Below, one piece after another: positions 1-12,734 of a stretch of 64,000 nt of DNA. How positions within the stretch are numbered: position 1 is the stretch's first letter; each line of letters opens with the position of its first letter. The position numbers and the translations under genes were made by a program. This DNA is from Camelus ferus (Eukaryota), in contig NC_045696.1 in assembly GCF_009834535.1 (NCBI RefSeq), forward strand, positions 92,568,001-92,632,000, in the 5' to 3' direction. The notes under the pieces were generated by a model. It had not been told where the DNA came from. It ran no database searches and saw only the letters and a program-made list of their open reading frames with translations.

Positions 1-595
1 GACTTCTGGGTTACCCCAGAGTAATGGTAGCTGCTAAACTCTGAATCTCTCCACCCATTCTCTGAAAGAGACCATACAGGTTTAAAAGGAAAAAGAAGTC
101 AATAAAACCACACATGACCCATGACTTCAGCATCATAAAGAGCCTGAAAATACTGTGAATTTCAGAGTGCGTATAACTAGAGAAATAGCCATTAAATCTC
201 AGCAAGGCCATCTCTAGACTCCCTCCTCATCCCTAGAGGTGTGGAAAATGAAGAGAAACTGGGAAAACTGCAGAGAAGAGTCAGGAAAGCAGACACCCAA
301 AGGTTAATGGGGGAGAAGACAAAATCATTCCTAGAAAGAAAATGCCCATCCTACATTAAAATAGATCCAAACTTTGTAGAGACAGCACTGGCTTTAGGGC
401 AAGGTCTTGAAACATTCAATCCCCAGTACCGCCATTTAAAAAGAAAAAGAAAAAGAAAAAAAGATATGTATTATATTTGGGAAGATTAACTTGGAATCAC
501 CAACTTCAGGTTTCTAATATTTCATAACACCTGAAACAATACAAAAATGCAATTCTCTGTACATATAAACAAGATAAGATGTCAGAGTAACTAAC

Positions 596-823
596 CTCCC
601 ATGATTCCATCTTCCAAAATATTATCGCGTTCTTATTCATCACGAGTTCAGATTTAGAGTTTGTGAATATATGTTCTCCGACCTTCACAAAGGCAGTCTC
701 TCCATTATCATCTAATTGCCAGTTTAGAATGTCATAGTATCCAGTCACATCTCCATTATCATCCATTTCTGTTCTCATTCCATTATGGGTTGTAAACTTA
801 AGTGTCTTCAAATAGTACATCAA
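596..823 (-). pseudogene. VMN2R1: V2R exon 4, open reading frame
   Basis: Acceptor gttttctag|TTG ATG TAC TAT; LMYYLKTLKF...DDNGDVTGYYDILNWQLDD...IFWKMESWE; donor GAG|gttagt at 595; 228 nt, phase 0 at both ends. Confidence 0.9.
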
Positions 824-965
824 CTAGAAAACAAGGGGGGAAAACAACAGAGGAAAAAACAATTGTAAAAATTTGATTGCCTAGAAAACAGGGTTTTTAA
901 AGAGACTAATCTCAAAACTCATATTTCACTCATGGGACTGAAGTTTTTCCTTTTCTTCTATACCT

Positions 966-1268
966 CTGCTGTCTAATACAACTTCTGGCCACATATGGTC
1001 ATTGCAACTTGAAAAGTGGCTGGCCAAATTGAGATGGGCTCTAAGTGTAAAACACCTACTGGGTTGCAGAAAGTTCAAAATAATGTAAACTCTTTCATTA
1101 GTAATTTTATATAATCATTTTAATATATTAACATGATGCTAAAATATTATTTGGGGTTAAATAAAATATACTAAATTTAATTTCATCTGTTCCTTCTTAG
1201 TTTTTAATTTGGTTACTAGAAAATTTTTAATTACCCGCATGGCTTGTAAATTTCTATTGGACAGGCAC
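966..1268 (-). mobile_element. MER33-like hAT-Charlie non-autonomous DNA transposon
   Basis: Inverted ends ctgctgtctaata ... tattggacaggcac; internal ggccacatatgg, aattgagatg, gggttaaataaaatata and ttactagaaaattt motifs of MER33. Confidence 0.75.
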
Positions 1269-1409
1269 TAAGGTAAAATGGTGCCGAATATCTCCGAATA
1301 CCTACATACCTAGGGAAGGGAGGACATTTCTTCTTAGATTTCTTCCACATGTAGGCTTTCAGGGACCAGTCTGCCCTCCTACCACCACTCCCGCCCCTGT
1401 TCGTCAGGA

Positions 1410-1720
1410 GCTAGAGACAGGAAAGTCAACAAGATCCATTTCTTACCCTTGCAAAGCTCACGGTCCAGTAGAAAGGCTAGACAAATAAACAGGTGCTAAT
1501 AGTAAAATTCAGTCTACTCTCTGTTGCTGTTGTGGAAAGAGGGTTAAGAGGGCATAGATGAGGGAGTGGCTAACTGCTTAGGAAAATTGGAGGCAGTTTC
1601 CCCAGAAAGTGGCCGTGTGAGCTTTAAAAACTTAGTAGCACTCTGCCTGACGATTACTGGGGACAGGGAGAATATTTCCTAAGCCAAGGGAGTAATATGT
1701 GAGACAAGGGAGTGCCACAG
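1410..1720 (-). mobile_element. L2 LINE 3' fragment
   Basis: acccttgcaaagctcacggtccagt...gacaaataaacag resembles the antisense L2 3' region; boundaries approximate. Confidence 0.55.
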
Positions 1721-2029
1721 AAGCCATGGCCAAGAGTACAGTGGTAGATGGGAATGACTGTACACCAACAGAATGCTTTTACAGATATCAGCAAGAATCC
1801 CCTAACAAAACAATACCTCTCGTACTCTTGCTTCACCCAGTCAAACTTAGCTGGAGTAAGGGCATGTATTCCTCAGTATGAAGGTAATCAGTCTGCACTG
1901 GGATATATCATATGCCCTTGGTTTTTCTCAGAACCACATGCTGGACTTACGTTCCCAACCAGAGACCCAGTCCAATCCCTAACCCTCCACAAACCAGAGA
2001 AACCACCCAACATAGAGGAGGGAGCCTGA

Positions 2030-2225
2030 ATTATGGTGTCTGATGATTCAGAGTCATATTTTGGCTCTTGTCAAATGACATGGCCTTGGGCAAGTCATAC
2101 ATCCTAAATAAGAATTCGTTTTCTGGTCTCTAGAAGGGAAATCATTCCTGCCCTACCTCTGTCATGGGGACTAAGGTAACACAGCTGAAAGCTGTTAGTA
2201 AGTCAGTACGCCAAGGTGCCATAAT
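2030..2225 (+). mobile_element. MIR SINE fragment
   Basis: Core motifs ggccttgggcaagtca and cctgccctacctc. Confidence 0.55.
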
Positions 2226-3064
2226 AATCACCATGCACCACGGGGGCTCCTCCAGGTCACTTGCACGTTTATCTCCCCCTCGCCCCCTTTTACTGTGTGC
2301 TAGTCTCAGTCATCATGAAATCTTCACCAGAGTTCACAACAAAGTGACTTTCACTGCCAAGTCCATTGGGGAGAGGCACATTTTTCTTTTCCAATCTTCA
2401 AAAGAGTAAAGCAAGGAAATTTTAAAAGGCTGCCACTTTACAACCTTTCCATAATTCTATCTGTTTATCATCATTGGATGGTAGGACACAGTTCCCTACC
2501 ACCAGGCATGCAAAAGAATTTAGAAATGTCTAAATAAACCATAAGAGTAAAAGGGTATCATGAATATATATATATATATTCTGACCAAGCCTGATAATGT
2601 GATAAGCTGAGGAAAATGAGTATGGAGTGCATTATCATTTTGGTTTTAAATAAGTCACAATTTCTTACTTTGATACATTTATGAAGCATTCGTAAATGTG
2701 CCTATTAACTCTCTCTACTGTGAGGTCTTTTTTTTTCCCCCAATTTTAACTTACACCATTCAGGGAATGAGTCGAGGAGCATGAATTCTGTCTTGGACTA
2801 AACCATCAACATTCACCTTGACACTGTGTGGTCTCTTGACCCTTCCTAAAAACTCTTTTCTCTGCAGTCCTAAGATATATTTGTTGCTTTTGGAGCAAAT
2901 TTAAATTGTAATATTGATATCTTCAAATAATAAATTAGAGGGTTGTTGTTTACCATCAATAAGGATCCTTTTATTAAAAAAGAAGTACTCAGAGGATTTC
3001 TTTTAAAATTAAAGAACTCACCTATAGCATAACTTAATTTCTCATTTTTAATTTACCACAATTT

Positions 3065-3960
3065 CCCCAGTACCAGTGAACAACTTAGTACTCAGATCTT
3101 GCTTTCTAAATTCCATTCTCCAGTAAATGGAAACAAGACTCCTTGGAGAAATGGCTGACTACAAGACTGGGGCAGAGAAATACAAGATGAGCCTGGAACA
3201 CCTTGGGTTCCAGAAAGTAAATTAATCTGAAATTATAGTGATGTGTCAAAAGGAAATAGGAGGCAACTCAAAGTGGCTGCCAATGGTCAAACCTGAATTT
3301 TGAGCAACAAAATACATAATGATAGTTATGAACTATTATACTCATAGAATAGAAATAAATACCCATGAGACTATATTGATATAAATAAATTAGTGAGGAA
3401 AAAGTAAAATTCCAGTTAATAAATGTAGAAGGAATGAGGGAAATAGAGAAATCACTGTTTTTAAAACAATACAGTAATAGTTGTTTCAGGCAAGAATCAT
3501 CATCAATGGATGCTAAAATTTGTAGACCAAAGCCTTATGAAAAACACAATATTTACAGAGCCTCAAAATATTGCCAAAAAAGATAATTATTAATTACAAA
3601 GGGAAACATAGTAACCTTATAATGGAAAAACATGGTGACATCACTATCACTAAATAATCCAAATTAATGTCACCATTAATGAGACACAGTTGACATCATA
3701 TACCTCCTGCTATGAGGCATAGAAAAGGATACACATCACTTTTACAGCATTCTTGCAAAAATGCATAACCTCAACCTAATCTTGAGGGAAGAAATTAGAC
3801 AAACACAAATTGAAAAACATTTTATAAATAGCTGGACATTACTTATTAGAAAGCAGCAGGTTTGCAAAATACAAGGGAGAATGGTAAACTGCCACAGATT
3901 GGAGGAGGCTAAAGAAACACAAAACCAAATGCAATGTGGGATCAATTTAAAAATAAAAAT
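3065..3960 (+). mobile_element. Ancient L1 (L1MC/L1MD-type) 3' UTR fragment
   Basis: ctccttggagaaatggctgact...ggggcagagaaatacaagatgagcc motif, also present at 52570-52627; aaaaatgcataacctcaacctaatc. Confidence 0.7.
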
Positions 3961-4479
3961 AAAAATGCAGATGCAGTGGTTCTAGCCACTGTGGAGTCTG
4001 TTGGGAGTGACAGGTGATTTGGTGTTGCTGGAGAATAAAGTGCTAAGGGTCATGGAAGGAGCAATGGAGTTAGAGATGCTGACAGTGCCAGACCGGGGAT
4101 GCTCATGCTCTGCCCTTTATAGGAGAGGGGAGGGACTCAAGGATGCAAACAGAGGAGCACTCTGATTAGCTGTGCATCTTGGTGAGACCATTAGGGCTTC
4201 TGTACCCCAAATGAATTGCTGGGACATCAGATCTGAGACAGGCGATATGAGTTCCAATCTCCAAGGTGATCCCAGTAATATTCACGTCCTAGACATCACA
4301 CACTAGCATGGCCCCTCTAACGCTGCACAAAGACTACATCTTCCCTTTGCAGTTACATGTGATCATATAACTAGATTCTGGCTAATGGGGTGTAAGGAGA
4401 ATTGTATGTAATTTCCAGGAAATATTCTTAAATAGAGAGATATACACATCTTTGTCCTTTCTCCTTCCTCCTGGCTTAG

Positions 4480-4710
4480 TGTGGACATAAGGGTTGAAGC
4501 TCATGTAGCCATCTGGGATTATGAGGTGAACCCACAGATTCAGAGTGGTGAAACAGCGAGGTAGAAGGAATCTTGATCCCCAAGCCACTCTTTCAGTCCC
4601 AGAATGCTAATCTTTGAACTTCATTTATGTAAAGGAAAAAAACCTATCGTTTCATGGTGCTGTTTGTTCTTTTAGGTTTTCGATCATTCACAACAAATCT
4701 AGTAATAACT
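4480..4710 (+). mobile_element. Old MaLR (MLT1J/K-like) LTR fragment
   Basis: gaggtagaaggaatcttgatccc...cccagaatgctaatctttgaactt...aaaaaacctatc resembles late MLT1 LTR 3' halves. Confidence 0.45.
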
Positions 4711-4886
4711 CTGTGAACAAATGGAAACTCTAAGATGTGCATTTAGGTCACAGAAGGAAGTCATTCTTTTAGGTCTCCATGTGATAAAATCATACCTATT
4801 AAGTACAAAAGCAGATCAATGGTTTTAATAGTATGGATACTCTTCATGACAAACTATATCATGAAGTAAAACAAACAATGACTTAC

Positions 4887-5753
4887 CTGCCAAGGCTCAA
4901 AATCAGGTATATATGCACAGGTGTTTCCTGGAATATGTGGTCCGTATCCTTCTTCACATCTACTTAGATGATCCAGGGTATATGCCATAGAGTACACAGC
5001 TTGTTTCACATTGTTTGTAACTCTTAGCTGAGACACATCCAGATAGGTGTTTTTAAGATCTTCCAACTTCTCCTCTCCAGTACAGAATTTATCAGACATG
5101 GCATGCAATCTGTCCTCTTTACCAGTCATATTCATTCTATGGTCAATGTTGTACAGAACACTACTATTGGGCCACGTACAGTTAAAAGCAGTTTGCCAAA
5201 ATTCAATGGTCAGGACATCACTTGGATCCTTGCTGGGATGGACATCATAAAGAAATTCTTTTAATCCTGATATATCAGCTCTGGGTACTGCAAATCCAAT
5301 ACTTCCACCAAAATATGGGAAATATTCAGGCTTTGCAATGAGGGCTGAGGTGATCCAGGCTTCACTCGCTATCCATGTTCTGTCAGTTATGTTATGGTGA
5401 ACCATTTCCAGCACAAAAGGACTTAGGTCAATATCAGATGCATAAAGCACAATGACTCTGGCAGTGGAGTTCTTTACGGCATTAATAGCTTTCTGCATTT
5501 TCTCATTAGAATGGACCTTGGGAATGATTTCGGAGAATGCAATACAGAGGTTGGCACTCTCCTTTTTTTCCTTAAAGATTTTTACTCCGTATTTTCCATA
5601 GTCATCATCAGCTGCTATGGTGCCTATCCAGACCCAACCAAAGTGTTGGATAAGTTGTACCACGGCCTCCGACTAGATCTTATCACTGGCTACTGTGGGA
5701 AGATAAGACGGAAACTGGCATTTGAGAACTGAGCAGGTAGAAGCACAGCCCAC
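4887..5753 (-). pseudogene. VMN2R1: V2R exon 3 (bulk of the Venus-flytrap domain), one internal stop
   Basis: Acceptor atcgtag|GTG GGC; VGCASTCSVLKCQFPSYLPTVASDKI*SEA continues in frame into ORF 4854..5663; donor TGG CAG|gtaagt at 4886; 867 nt. Confidence 0.93.
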
Positions 5754-6204
5754 CTACGATTGAAAATATTCATGTAGTTATTAGGAAGCAGTAGCCAAAT
5801 CCCAAATGACACCATCTCTGTGTATTTGTACTGGAGAAGGGGGGAACCTAACAGTTCTCCCTTTGTTCCCACACCCTTCCACAGGCAAAAGGACTTCTCC
5901 TTCTCTCCCTACTCCACGGGTGATGGGGACTGTTAGAGGGAGCACTCTGGGCTTTCCTATCCCTCCTTCTCTCAACCCAGCCCAAGGGAGTTGGAGGAGC
6001 TAATTATTAAGATGATGACATTCAATGCACCACTTTTCACAGGTGGGGTCATGGCAATGAAAAGGAAGTAATCTGCCCTCTTATCGATGTTTTCCTGAGA
6101 CTAGGTGCGTGATTCAAGCCATGCAGGCTCTTTCTCAAATCTAACTCCTCAACCACTCAGATGATGGCATAAGTAGACTCACAATTTATTTGGTAGGTCC
6201 AGTT

Positions 6205-6296
6205 TCTCCCTGTCTCTCTCCCTCTCTGTCTCCTTCTCTTTCTCTCTCCATCACCACCACTTTCCTTCTTTTTCTCCTCTTCTCTCTTTCTCTCTG
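6205..6296. repeat. CT-rich low-complexity tract
   Basis: Near-continuous polypyrimidine run (tctctctccctctctgtctccttctctttctctctcc...). Confidence 0.8.
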
Positions 6297-6834
6297 CCAG
6301 GACTTCTGGGTATTTAAGTCCTAAGATTTAGCTTGAGAAAGATGGTAGGGAACATCACTTTAAGCCCAACAAAGTTCTCCAACAAAGTTACTAGAAGCCT
6401 TCAGTTTATAAGCACTTGCCTAGATATACGAACAGGCATTTTTCTCATTTTGCCAGTGATTCTTGTGCATAATTTCCATGAGTGAGAATTTAAGAATGAG
6501 CGTGGCCAGTACCATGAATCTCTCACAATCTTACATACGTTTCTGTTGTACCTCACCCTTAACCTCAGCAACTCTGCAGTTTAGAAGACATGCCGCATTT
6601 CCCCAGGCCAGCCCATCCCATGTTATTGCCGCGTTACCTCCAGGAAGAGCTCCCGTAGTATAATTCCACAGCTCCATCACTGCCAGTTCTTTCATAAGTG
6701 ACAGGTGATTCCTATTTTCTCTTTACCCTATCCTTTGTCCTATTCTTACTCCGTTCGCTCAAGTTTACATTCTTCTTTGAAACCTCACAAGCAGCAACAT
6801 CATGGAAGTCATACGTAGGAGAGAATCTCTTTTA

Positions 6835-7010
6835 GGAAGCAGAGGCACGTGATTTCTAATTCTGGCTACATCATCATGTAAGATTGTGGACAAGTTACTT
6901 AAACCTTCTGAATCTCAGTTTCCCCGTGAGAGAAATCGAGCTTATGACATCTACATTTTAGGGTTGCTCAGCATACTAAATGAAACAACAAATGTGAAAG
7001 TGTCTATTGT
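6835..7010 (+). mobile_element. MIR SINE
   Basis: Core ggacaagttacttaaaccttctgaatctcagtttcccc; 3' aaatgtgaaagtg. Confidence 0.75.
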
Positions 7011-7971
7011 ATATAATATTTCTTTTACCTTCTTTGCAGATTTACTACAGGATTTAAATGAGAAAAACCTATCTAGAGGTTCCTAGCCGGTGCCTGGACC
7101 AGAGTCGGTATTTTGTGGCAGACAGCTCAGTGCAGCAGCAGTTTGTCTGAGCTGCGTGAAGCTCACACCAAAGGTATCAGCTGTGTCACTTGGCCCTTCC
7201 TCTTGGTTCTGTTTCTCAGTGTTACCCTGTTCCTCCTACATTTGTATTTGCAGCTGTATACGCTGCAATGTAAATGCTACTTTTTACAATTATTTCAACT
7301 TGTCCCATTACTTCAGTAACACAAATAAGCTTAATCATCATCCACTTTAATAAGTCCTGACTATTGATACTTTTGTGAACCATCCCTGGAAATGAATATA
7401 GAGCTTTATTCATATTTTCTTAATAATCCATTCTTCCTAATATCATCTTTCCTTAGATTGAAATGTGTCACTATCCCTGAATTTAAAATATTCTGTACAT
7501 TAGCATCCCAACACCGTCTCTTGTAAAATTCCCAAGCTCATTTCAGTAGCTAGTGTATGAACAAAACAGGTCATGATTAATAAGTATTAATAGAAGTTAG
7601 TAAGTATTAATAAGAGACAAAATGAGTTCCTATACCACCTATCAATCAACCAACAAGTACTTCTCAATCACCTACTCTGTGCTTCAGAGTGTACTGCCTA
7701 GTGAGATGTCAAAATACAGATCACCGGGTCCCAACCCCAAGCTAAAAATTAAAGCAGGATCCTAAGGGATGTAGAAGAGCCTGAAACCACCAGCCACACT
7801 TGCTGAGGCCAGACTGAACAGAACAACTAGGGGCATCTGCATCACCACCATCATGTCTGTCTCTGCAACTTACCCCAGCCTCACCTGAGCACCTTACTTT
7901 TTGCTGCAATTTCCACAGACATCGCTTGTGTTTCTTTATAAGTGAGTACTCAGCACAATATTCTGAAATAC

Positions 7972-8262
7972 CGGACGTAAATAACACAGCCCTAGGATTC
8001 TTGAAGCAGCAGTCAGCAAGGATGACCCGCCTGCTCCAATAACTCCTGCCAGAATTGCTCCAGTCCTGTTTCTGAAATTGGGCTTGTTTTCTTCCTGCCT
8101 GGTAAGGAATACCAATGCCGCTTCCACAGATTTGGAGACGGTAAAACAGTTACAAAGATCTAATAGCCCAAAGTGACTTGGGGCAAAATACCCTCCCTTT
8201 CATTAATCTCCTTGATGGAGTGGATCATGGTTTTCACCCAGCGGAATCCCCGGAAGTTGAAC
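7972..8262 (-). pseudogene. VMN2R1: V2R exon 2, with nonsense codon and frameshift
   Basis: Acceptor cttttcag|G TTC AAC; reads FNFRGFRWVKTMIHSIKEINEREGILPQVTLGY*IF, then after a 1-nt shift NCFTVSKSVEAALVFLTRQEENKPNFRNRTGAILAGVIGAGGSSLLTAASRILGLCYLRP|gtattt. Length 291 nt does not fit a phase-2 start and phase-0 end (needs 3n+1). Confidence 0.9.
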
Positions 8263-9269
8263 CTGAAAAGGAAACAGCTTTTGTAAGGCCTTAGTCAGTT
8301 GGGGGGTCTTTGAGGAGGAAGCAGCTTTTAGCTGGGGTTGGTGCTGAGGGTGTTTTGCCAAAACCTCCCATGCAGGCACCAGTGGGCACCTCCCTCATCT
8401 GAGCATGTTAATATTTCATAAAAGATACTGTAAACTTAAAGGGTCTAAGTCTGAATCATATTCATTATTGATCGGTTTGGGTTGGGAAGCACCTTTTTGG
8501 ACATTTTCTTGCTCTGTATATCTTTCTTGATATAGTCTCCCCTAACTGCTGATTATCTCTTTTCACAAAAATATTCTTATAATCTCAGTTCTCCCCACCA
8601 CGTGGGGCACCCCTCATTTTCCCCCATTCATTGGAAGTCCCTTGGTACCATATGAGTCTCCTTTCTCTCCTCCTTACTTTCCTATAGGTTTCTCTTGTTT
8701 TCTTTTGGACATTAATTATAATAAAAAAATTTTTTTGAAAATACACAAAAATGCTTATGATACAACTTCATAAAAGCAGTATATAAAATTTATATATACT
8801 ATATACATTATGACTCTGATTAGATCATTTTCCTGCCATAATTTGATTGTTAATGTTGAGATATTTTTCAGTTGAAAAATGTCTTTCCTACCATTCTCAC
8901 ATTTAACCATGAGTAAGATGCCTCCTCTCTTCCATTCCTTAGCCATTAAAAAGGGAAACTATTTCTCCTGTAGTCCACTGTCACATTTTTTCAATTTCCC
9001 CTCCATTAAAAATAATTACTCTAGTCCCAATTTTATTTCTTCCCAGTTTTAACCAAACTGTAACCTAGTTTGAAAGCAAGGACCTCAAGAATGTTTTCTC
9101 TTAACGTCCTCTGTAGCTATAGCATCTAACTCCGTATCTTCTACTCAATAAATACTTTTGAATTAAATATCTAATAGCAAATAGCCCTGTTGGCAGAGTA
9201 CATATTTCCTCCATGTCTCTTTAATTGGGTTTTTTAGTTTAGTTTAGCTTTGTTTTTCATTAAATATGC

Positions 9270-9640
9270 AGTTATTGAGTTCCCCTGGTGCTAGCCACTA
9301 CAGCTACAACAGTGAACAAAATGAGCACTGCGGTGTCTGGGTGAAGAAAAAGGACAATAGCCCGACAAAAATGATAAACACAGTGACCACGGCAGACATA
9401 AGGACCATGGGCTAGAGAAAAAAGAGGTGCCTCGCCTTGGAGGACTTAACAGCTAAGCTGAGGCTTGACGGGTGACATAAAAACAGGGGACAGATGCTGC
9501 AAGCGGAGGGAACAGTACATGTGAAGACATGCTAGGTGCAGGCAGATCAGTACACTTGTAGAACAGAGTAGAAACAGATATGACACCAGGAGAGGAGATT
9601 GGAGAGCGAGGAGCCAGAACATGAAGGGCTTTATCGTCTC
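9270..9640 (-). mobile_element. L2 LINE 3' fragment
   Basis: ttattgagttcccctggtgctag...acagtgaacaaaa matches the antisense L2 tail. Confidence 0.55.
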
Positions 9641-9664
9641 AAGACAGCCGGCTTCTAAATTTAC

Positions 9665-10200
9665 AAGGGTGGCAATATAAACTGGCATACACATTTTTGA
9701 AATAAATATAGCAATATCTTTTAAAGGTGAGATAGCAATACATTTCAAGAGCTAGAAAAATGTTCACTTTGAATCAATAGTTCTACCCCAGAGAATTTAT
9801 CTGAAGAAATTGTTCTTCCCACAGGAAAAAACTATGTATATCCCAAACTGTTCAACACGGATTTATTTATACTATTGAAAAACCAGAAAGAACTTACATG
9901 CCCAGCAATAATAAATTATGGTACATTGGCATGATGGGAACATTTTCCATCATTAAAAACTCTGTAATTAGAGAAATTACACTGCAGCATGCATATAATA
10001 TTAGGTGAAACAGCCTGTATGCAGTTGTTTCTATGCTATAATTAAAACTACATATAGAATTTTGCACTGCAAATACAGTACCTTGCAAAACATACTTCCC
10101 TTAGCTTGTATACCAATGAAATCTCATTTCAACATTAAAAAAAAACTACATATAAATTATGTGAGCATTTGGATAACTATCAACAGGAAAAAATTTTAAC
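9665..10200 (+). mobile_element. Ancient L1ME-type 3' fragment
   Basis: aatataaactggcatacacattttt, agaatttatctgaagaaat and ataaattatggtacatt are decayed L1 ORF2-end/3' UTR motifs. Confidence 0.6.
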
Positions 10201-12066
10201 TGAGCACAGAATAATTATTGAAAGGGTAGAATTTAGGGTGATTTTTCTTTCATTTGTTGATTTCCACGATGACACCCACAGTACTGTTATACAGTGTATA
10301 TACCTTTCGTTCCCCAGAAAATTTCTCTAAATCCTAACTTTGTTTAGATTAACCAAAACAAGAATTAAAATACTCCCTCCCTCCTTCAGTTTTACTGCCT
10401 TTCTCTGCTCTGAACAACATTTTCAAAATAATAAAAAAAATCTTCCTCTTCTGTACACTTAAGCTGATGGCCAACCAAAACTAGCATCCTGTGAAAATTG
10501 TAGGTTTAGAAATGAGACTTCTCCAAACTCCAGTTTGCATATCTAGACCAGTTATAGGTAAAAATTAATGATGCCAAAATGAAATTACTATCAGATTAGG
10601 CCCAGCCTGGCTCCTGAATGCCACCCACCCAGGCCCCTGCGAGGACTCTCCAATTAGGAGGGAACGTTGTATCAGGTGGAGGAAAATTGAGAGGCCTGGA
10701 AAAATACTGGGGTTGGGCACAGATGTTGACGGTTATGGGTGAAAATGCATTACATAGTTCTAATTTTAAAGAAAATGTATCAAACTATGTAAATATGGAC
10801 TATTGTTCATGTCCAAAGCATACAGGTGTGTTTAGGAAGAATTCAGTGCTGGGAGGTTTTCTCCTGATACGGCACAAAGATGAGCAATGTGGGTTTCAGT
10901 CAACAGTCTGGGAGACAAGCAGAGCCCCCACCATGATGTCTTGTGTCACTGATCCACATTCAGGAAGAACTGGCTTTTAAGAAGCCCTGGACCACACGAA
11001 ACAAATTTCACACAAAATATGATGAATTAGAATGTCATCAGACATCTCAGCAGCAACACTGGAAGTCAGAAGATGCTGAAGTATTCCTTTCAAGGCTACT
11101 GAGGCTTCGAGTTAAGATGGAGTAAGTACGCACCACCCTCTCTCTCACTGATTACAGTTAAGATCCTGGGACAGAACATACAAAGCAACTATCAGACTAC
11201 TCTGAAAACTAAATAAAAACAAGTAGACTAGAGAGGGAAATCAAAATATCCCTGATACAGTGAATTATTTTTTAAATGGGACATACTTCTCATCACTGTG
11301 TCAACCACAGTGGATAGGTCAAACTATGTTTTAATGGGGAGGGGTAATTTTTACTTAAAAAAAAGTCTATATTGGTTTTTCTGTTTTACCTTGCTGGGAA
11401 GATAACCTTCAGAAGTTGCAATGAAGGGTGAAGAACAAGTTAAGTAATTCCGTTGATGAAATATTAATGTACTATATACTATGACAAACTCTGGTTTTCA
11501 TTTTATGTTATTAAAGATTGAATAAGTGAAAACTCCTCTGACAAATAAGCCCACTTTAAGTAGTACAGCCATGAGCAAAAGCACTTTTCTCCCTTCCCTT
11601 TGCTTCACTGTAAGAACGGAAAAGAATTAGAAGGTCCAGGAAAGAGTTAAGTAGGGACTGACTACAATCCTTCCCTATTGCCAACAATATTACAGTATGT
11701 TCATCCCTCTAGTGAAATTTCAAAAATGTACCATGAAATACAATCAAAGGAAAGGTGCTGTGATCAGTAAGGATTTAATTGTATTAGAAGTTGCCAAAAT
11801 TTTTACAGCATGCATTTACAATTATAATTACCATGCAGCAAGCATCATGGAAGTGATTAAGACATGATGTAAAATGCACAATATAAAATTGTGTCTATGC
11901 CATGGCCACAACTATGCAAAAATTATGGTTGCATTTATACGAAGGGCTGAGAACGAACACAGGGAAATGAAAAGGAAAGAGCTGCTCTGTTATGGTAGTA
12001 GAATAGCGTGGACTGTTTTTCTTTCTTTCTTTCTTTTAATTTCTGGCATTCTTTTCATAGCAAAAA

Positions 12067-12091
12067 TGTGTGTGTGTGTGTGTGTGTGTGT
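12067..12091. repeat. (TG)12 microsatellite in V2R intron 1
   Basis: Perfect TG run. Confidence 0.95.
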
Positions 12092-12352
12092 TTCACACCC
12101 AGAAATAAAACCCATGTTTGCCTCTCTTACAATGGATCTTAGCAAACTCAGATTACCAGTCCTGGATCCCATTTCTTGACATGACAATTCTGGGGTGAGA
12201 GGAGTAGGGCAGAAGCCTTGCAGCTAAAGGAAGCTCGCTGTGAACACTAGCTCATGAATAAATTCACATCCCCACACTGTGTATTTTCACTCGAGGAGAC
12301 TTCAGTCCAGCAAAAACTCGCAGTAAAGCAGCAACACTGCACAATTCTGCAC

Positions 12353-12518
12353 TAATGCTTCTCAAGCCTGAATGTGTGTGTGAATCATCAGGAGGTCTGG
12401 TCAAAGTGCAGGGTCTGCTCCAGCAGATGTGGGATGCAGCCTGAGGTTCTACTTCTCTAACAAGCTCTTAGGCGATGCTGATGCTGCTAGTCCACAGACC
12501 ACCCCCTGAGGAGCAATG
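12353..12518. mobile_element. MER5-like hAT-Charlie MITE
   Basis: tgcttctcaa start; ttctctaacaagctc...gatgctgatgctgctagtccacagaccac signature. Confidence 0.75.
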
Positions 12519-12734
12519 TCTATATCATACAAAACCTGTCTTTTTAATTTCTTTCTTGTTTCTTCGCAATCCTAGAATATCTACTTTGGAGAAACAGGAA
12601 GTACTTATCCCGAGTCAAATAAATAGGGTCATAGTCAGGGCTGGCATCACGGCTCCAGTCCCAGACCCACCACTCCTTCACCCCCAGCTCCTGCAACTGA
12701 TGTAGACAAAAAGAAGACAGAAAAAATGGCTTAC

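Noticed and set aside
4854..5663. 269-aa ORF as a stand-alone intact gene
   Set aside because: It is the post-stop part of exon 3, starts at GTG and runs through the splice donor at 4886.
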